DNA from: Candidatus Bathyarchaeia archaeon
GTDB lineage: Archaea > Thermoproteota > Bathyarchaeia > Bathyarchaeales > Bathycorpusculaceae
Reading direction: 5' to 3'
Length of the DNA: 64,000 nt
NCBI GenBank assembly: GCA_038882975.1
Contig: JAVZNE010000007.1
Coordinates: 1 to 64,000 of the forward strand
Shown here piece after piece: positions 59,186-64,000 of the stretch. The number at the start of each line of letters is the position of its first letter. The first letter of the stretch is position 1. The notes beneath the pieces are model-generated. The model searched no databases. It saw only the letters and a program-made list of their open reading frames with translations, and had not been told where the DNA came from. A program made the position numbers and the translations under genes.

Positions 59186-59791
59186 ATGTCGAAAATAAGG
59201 CGATTTTTAGCAACGCTTTATCACGCCTTTTTCAACTTTGTACTCAACTCGTTTAAGAGCATCAACCGAAAGATTAGGTCGAAACTTCCAGTTTGGCGCA
59301 TGAAGGAGGAAACAAGGGAGCATGTTCAATCGTCCATAAAGGTTTTCAAGTGGATAATCTTGCCTGCAAGTATCTTCTACGTTTTCTTAGAGTTTCTCCT
59401 TTTCGGCGAAAATGCTTTGGATACAATGCTCTGGGGTTTGGCGGTTTTCTTTTACAGCAACTTCCTACCAGACCTGCCCTCTATATACAGAAGAAAAGCC
59501 AAAAACAACGGTGGAAAGGACCTTTCATGGTATAAGCGCTACGCCATACTTTTATTTGCACCACTGCTTGTCTGGATTTTGTTTTCGGGTATACACCTAG
59601 GCTGGAGAACCACAGAAACTTACCACAACTTTAAATCCTTAACAGTTTACTGCACTTTCCTTTTTATCATCGGCTTTTTCGCTTTCGTGAAATTTCCCAT
59701 ACAAACTGGAAACCTTATTAAAATTCTCGTCTTTCCGCTTTACGGCTTGGCTGGTTACTTGACACATCTAAGAGTAGATAAAATTTGGTGA
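59186..59791 (+). CDS. Hypothetical membrane protein (possible metal-dependent hydrolase-like)
   Basis: TM segments with LPD, H and GYLTHL..D motifs reminiscent of YdjM/DUF457-type proteins. Confidence 0.6.
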   Translation: MSKIRRFLATLYHAFFNFVLNSFKSINRKIRSKLPVWRMKEETREHVQSSIKVFKWIILPASIFYVFLEFLLFGENALDTMLWGLAVFFYSNFLPDLPSIYRRKAKNNGGKDLSWYKRYAILLFAPLLVWILFSGIHLGWRTTETYHNFKSLTVYCTFLFIIGFFAFVKFPIQTGNLIKILVFPLYGLAGYLTHLRVDKIW

Positions 59792-59796
59792 CATCT

Positions 59797-60750
59797 TTAT
59801 GAGATTATTATCGCTTGGAAAATCACATATGTGAATAGTAGTGCCAATCCTCCGATTTGCGAAATACCGCCTTTCGTTAGATAGCGCCAAAGAATAAGCG
59901 TTGTAATCAGGACGAATGGGACTATTTGAGCGAATATTGAGAATTCTATAGCCATAGATGGGGAGGTTAAAAGAACTATTCCAAGTACAAGAGTTATGTT
60001 TGTCAGATTAGAGCCTATCAAATCTCCAAGGGCTAAGTGAACTCGACCTCTACGTACCGCTGTTAGGTCAAGGGAAAGCTCTGGCATCGACGTGCCAATT
60101 GCGATTATTTTAGCTCCTATAAGGATGGGGGCTACTCCGAGTATTTCTGATATTCTTGAGGCGGATGCTATAATAAGCTCAGCCATTGTAATGACCATGA
60201 CTATTCCAATAACCACTTTTAAAAGCACAAGTTTTGCACTAACCTTTTCAAGGTTTGTTTTTCCTTCGTTAAGCGGTATGGGCTTTTTCCGCTTTTTCGT
60301 CATCTCACGAACAGTGAAGATGAATATGCCTAAAAGTGCGAAACCAACAAAGATGGAAGCTTTACCGAAAACAACGAGAGCTAAAGGAATTATGGAGGAT
60401 AAGAATAAAATATCTACAAGTTCCATTAAAAGCTCTGATGAACACTTTTTAAGGTAGCCCATAATCGCCAAAAGCCCGACGATAAATCCTATGTTAAAAA
60501 CGTTTGAGCCCAATATGTCGCCTATGGAGAATCCAGGCTTTCCGTGCAGAACAGAGGATGCGGCAACAAAAATTTCTGGGAGGCTTGTCATAACGGACAT
60601 TATTGCGAAACCCACAGATGCCTCGCTTAAGTGGGTTAGCTCAATTAACTGCTCGATGGACTTTATTGTGAACTGGCTGGCTATGGCTAGAATTAGCAGC
60701 GAAAAGGCTAGCATCGCAAGGTACAATGCAATTTCAAACACGTTAAACAC
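59797..60750 (-). CDS. Ca2+/cation antiporter, CaCA family (second copy)
   Basis: TSLPE...GSNVFN and GTSMPE...GSNLTN repeats. Confidence 0.9.
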   Translation of the reverse strand: MFNVFEIALYLAMLAFSLLILAIASQFTIKSIEQLIELTHLSEASVGFAIMSVMTSLPEIFVAASSVLHGKPGFSIGDILGSNVFNIGFIVGLLAIMGYLKKCSSELLMELVDILFLSSIIPLALVVFGKASIFVGFALLGIFIFTVREMTKKRKKPIPLNEGKTNLEKVSAKLVLLKVVIGIVMVITMAELIIASASRISEILGVAPILIGAKIIAIGTSMPELSLDLTAVRRGRVHLALGDLIGSNLTNITLVLGIVLLTSPSMAIEFSIFAQIVPFVLITTLILWRYLTKGGISQIGGLALLFTYVIFQAIIIS

Positions 60751-60881
60751 GCACTCATCTTAACCTTTACACGCGCATACATTTATTTTTGATTGGCAAA
60801 AGCTGTAATTGCACGGCGAAACACCGCATTAAATAAAATCTTTAAATTCTAAAAGGCAACAATTAGGGAGAGTGCTTTAGA

Positions 60882-62108
60882 ATGCTTGACCCAGTAACGC
60901 TTGCATTGGCTTTGGCTGGCTCAATAATTGTGATAGGATTTTTAGGCAACTACTTCTTTGAGCGAACAGGTTTCCCAGACATGATTTTCCTTATAATTTT
61001 AGGCATCCTGATAGGACCCGTAGCCAAATTGGTGGACACTGGATTTATAATGCCTCTGGCTCCATACTTCGCTGCCCTAGCCCTAGTTTTCATATTATTT
61101 GACGGTGGAATGGCCATGAATATTCATCGTGTATTCACCGAGAGCCCAAGAGCCACAGTGTTAGCTGCTGTGGGTTTCGGTTTAAGTGTCGTGGCAACAA
61201 CATTGTTTACGGCTTTACTGCTAATTCCAGACAAGCCGATAACATACTCCATGTTGTTAGGAACCATTTTAGGCGGAAGCAGCAGCATAATTGTAATCTC
61301 ACTCGCCTCAAGAATAAGGGTAAGCGAAAAATGTTCAACAATACTAAGCCTAGAATCCGCCCTTACAGACATCTTTTGCATAGTTTTCTCCTTAACAATT
61401 ATTGAAATAATCCTAGGAAACGCTGTTGAACTTATAGCGATTAGTCAAGCAATTGCAAGCAAATTTTCAGTAGGAATAGTGCTTGGTATAATTTTCGGAC
61501 TTTTATGGCTAAGCGCACTTAAAAAGATTGTAAAGGCGCCATACGCCTATATTCTCACACTAGCCGTTGTATTATTAGCCTATGCTATTTCAGAAACCCT
61601 AGGCGGCAGCGGAGCACTGTGTTGTCTGCTTTTCGGCATGATATTGGGGAATGAAAAAGAGATTTACAGAATGCTTAGAATGGAAAGACCATCTGAAACA
61701 GTCATCGACGTCGGATTAAAAAGGTTTGAGTCTGAGGTGGCTTTTCTATTAAGAACTTTCTTCTTTGTCTACATAGGCTTGATATCAACAATAAGCGACA
61801 TAAGAGTAGCTCTTCTTGGTATAATCCTTTCTTTAATACTGTTACTAGTTAGATTTGGAGCCGTGCGAGTAGCGACAGCTCGCTGCAGCGAACTCGTCGA
61901 AGAACGCCCAATAATGAGCGTTATTCTCACAAGGGGTTTGGCAGCCGCCGTGTTGGCAACATTGCCTTTACAATATTCTAAGGCGAATCCAACATTTGGG
62001 GAACTCTATGAAATTTACATAAACCTAGCCGTACTAGTAATTCTGGCAACGGCGATAATCGCCACCATAGGTATTCCAATCTTGAAGCGGAGGACCAAAG
62101 AGAGATGA
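60882..62108 (+). CDS. Cation:proton antiporter (CPA1/NhaP-like)
   Basis: ILFDGG, LESALTD, FFFVYIG, RGLAAAVLA. Confidence 0.88.
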   Translation: MLDPVTLALALAGSIIVIGFLGNYFFERTGFPDMIFLIILGILIGPVAKLVDTGFIMPLAPYFAALALVFILFDGGMAMNIHRVFTESPRATVLAAVGFGLSVVATTLFTALLLIPDKPITYSMLLGTILGGSSSIIVISLASRIRVSEKCSTILSLESALTDIFCIVFSLTIIEIILGNAVELIAISQAIASKFSVGIVLGIIFGLLWLSALKKIVKAPYAYILTLAVVLLAYAISETLGGSGALCCLLFGMILGNEKEIYRMLRMERPSETVIDVGLKRFESEVAFLLRTFFFVYIGLISTISDIRVALLGIILSLILLLVRFGAVRVATARCSELVEERPIMSVILTRGLAAAVLATLPLQYSKANPTFGELYEIYINLAVLVILATAIIATIGIPILKRRTKER

Positions 62109-62272
62109 AAAGCCAAATTTTAAAGTCTATTCCGAATTTATGGGATGAATGTCTCGCTTTTAACTATGCAGTGACTAAATATTGTATATTTTTGAAGACT
62201 GGTTTAGGTTTATAAGTCAATGGAAAAATTTTTAAAGAAATTGCCCACGATTATGAGTTCGAGGTCGCGATA

Positions 62273-62326
62273 GTGTCTGCGGAAAAGAAGCAAAAGAAAA
62301 AGGGGAAAGCGAAGAAAAAGAAATGA
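62273..62326 (+). CDS. Putative 17-aa Lys-rich micropeptide (MSAEKKQKKKGKAKKKK)
   Basis: GTG start after GAGGT; TATA-like TTTTTAAA at ~62229; downstream TAGGC/GCCTA hairpin and T-tract. Confidence 0.45.
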   Translation: MSAEKKQKKKGKAKKKK

Positions 62327-62449
62327 AAAGCTAGGCGATTCAGCCTAAAACCCTTATTTTTCCATTTTCAAAGTTATAAATTGAATGTGTATCTATTAAA
62401 GCAAGACATTTAAATCAAATAGATTAATACCCTTAATAGCGGTGAAGAA

Positions 62450-64000
62450 TTGTCGCAGAAAATTACAAAGTTAACACTTCCCTTCTCAGTTCCTGCTGAA
62501 AACCGCACAGAACCATTTACAGAAGAAATGGAGAAAGCCGCCCTTTACTGTTTTGCTGAAACCGAACGGGAGAAAGGCGGAGGGCTAATATTAAGAAAAA
62601 CAGAAGAAAAAACGGTTTTCTTAACAAAGTTTTATTATCCCTTTTGGCTTGCACCTTTGCAACAACTTAGCCTAATCTTTGACGGACTTAAGCAGTGGGT
62701 CTATAAGACAACTTACAAGGCAATATCTGACGCTAAAGAATTTCTTGAAAGTGCCCAAAGAAGCACAAGGTCGATGGAGACCTACACGGCTTTCCTTTCA
62801 GACAACATAAACTATTTTCAGATGCCAAGCCGCGAAGAGGCTATTTCAATTGACGGACTTATCAGCGACTCCGCTCTCCTTAGCGAATTTAACAATTGCC
62901 TTTCAGAAGCTAAAAAGGTGGAGGCTGCAACATCAGAAGCCGTTATGTTGAGCCCATTAATTGATGAGTCAACGGTTTTGTTATCAATTGAAGAGCTTGA
63001 AAAGTTAAGGGCGAACTTTGAAGCAGATATCCATACCCTTCAAGAGAGCATAAAACTCCTTAGCAAGACTACAAGAGCTTTTAACAAGGAAATTCGCGGA
63101 AAAATAAGGGCTGTTAAGGGGGAGTTTGAAGAGGTTATTAGAAAAGAGGAGGAAATCGTGGCGCAGAAGATTAACCGAATTAACGAGGATTATGATGAAC
63201 AAAGAGTTAAGCTCATAAAAAATTTTGAGAAGCAACGCTTACCGTTGCAGAAGGAAAAGGTTAAGCTTGAAAAAATGAAGGAGCAGACGCTTGGAAAGAT
63301 TGAGCAGTACAACCTAGAGGCAAGGGCATGCGCCGCAAAAAATGACAAAGTAGGAGAACGGAAATGGAAGGAAAAAGCCAACGAAACCAAAAAGGAACTT
63401 TCTGAAATTGAAAGAAAGCTTGAGGAGATAGAGGAGAAAATTAAGGAAATTGAGGGAGACGAGTCAGCTGAAACCTTTAAACTTAGGACAGAATGGGAGG
63501 CAAAAATTAAAGAGGCTAGAAAAAGCCTACTTGAACTGGAATCTTCCCGAGATGCAAAAATCCAGATTCACAGGCAGGAAATGGAGAAGTTGGAAGGCTT
63601 AACGGCAAGCATAGTTCAGCAAATAAACAATGCCATAAAGCTGAGGGAGACAGATTTAGCTAACATCACAAAGTTGGGAATTCAGCAAGTGTATAAACAT
63701 TTGAGCCTCATTTATGTTCCCTTTTACATGGCTTGTTATGAAGCTGAGACTAAGAAACGCTGTATTATTTTTCCTCCATCAATAGCGAATAGTATAGGAT
63801 TCGCTGTGAAGCTAAAAGGTGCCCTTGGAAGAGCCAGAATTAAGCAGCTTTTAACGCCTAGGTTTAAGGCTTTGACATCGCTTTTTGAGAAGCTCCCAGC
63901 CTTGATGGAGAAGGATGCAGCCTTTGCAAGGGAAATCCACGAGTTTGGAGAAAAAGCCAACATGCTTGGTGAAAGCTCTAGACGAAAACCATTGGAAGAA
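62450..64000 (+). CDS. Large hypothetical protein with central coiled coil (3' truncated by window edge)
   Basis: TTG at 62450 after GGTGA; begins MSQKITKLTLPFSVP...FYYPFW; same frame is coding-like at the window end, with YVPFY after the coiled coil. Not in the ORF track because no stop is reached. Confidence 0.8.
   Translation, partial: MSQKITKLTLPFSVPAENRTEPFTEEMEKAALYCFAETEREKGGGLILRKTEEKTVFLTKFYYPFWLAPLQQLSLIFDGLKQWVYKTTYKAISDAKEFLESAQRSTRSMETYTAFLSDNINYFQMPSREEAISIDGLISDSALLSEFNNCLSEAKKVEAATSEAVMLSPLIDESTVLLSIEELEKLRANFEADIHTLQESIKLLSKTTRAFNKEIRGKIRAVKGEFEEVIRKEEEIVAQKINRINEDYDEQRVKLIKNFEKQRLPLQKEKVKLEKMKEQTLGKIEQYNLEARACAAKNDKVGERKWKEKANETKKELSEIERKLEEIEEKIKEIEGDESAETFKLRTEWEAKIKEARKSLLELESSRDAKIQIHRQEMEKLEGLTASIVQQINNAIKLRETDLANITKLGIQQVYKHLSLIYVPFYMACYEAETKKRCIIFPPSIANSIGFAVKLKGALGRARIKQLLTPRFKALTSLFEKLPALMEKDAAFAREIHEFGEKANMLGESSRRKPLEE

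Overview
Gene-dense archaeal chromosomal window, most likely TACK lineage and plausibly Bathyarchaeia. This is an inference from aIF1A/aIF2-beta/Rio1/KH, Rio2, Lsm, Nre, a crenarchaeal-type SSB, Thg1, DUF2099 and DUF3795. It holds about 70 CDS, mostly housekeeping: pyrH, pyrI/pyrB, pyrG, hutH, gcvPA/PB, malic enzyme, rpiA, uppS, ychF, a DrrAB-type ABC exporter with PadR, and ion antiporters. It also has tRNA-Pro(CGG) and tRNA-Asp(GTC). I saw no CRISPR array, integrase or transposase. Most notable: (1) a 735-aa ArsR-type wHTH + ATP-cone + class III ribonucleotide reductase (NrdD) fold protein that seems to lack both catalytic cysteines and the glycyl-radical loop, so it may be a nucleotide-sensing pseudo-enzyme transcription factor, located next to pyrB/pyrI; (2) an unannotated candidate box C/D guide sRNA with one guide complementary to a tRNA-Leu(CAA)-like anticodon arm; (3) a divergent two-gene islet flanked by degenerate direct repeats and hairpins; (4) a frameshifted nitroreductase; (5) a 17-aa Lys-rich micro-ORF with its own expression signals; (6) an apparent 5'-GT to 3'-AC compositional gradient within genes. 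All calls come from reading the sequence by eye; no searches were run.
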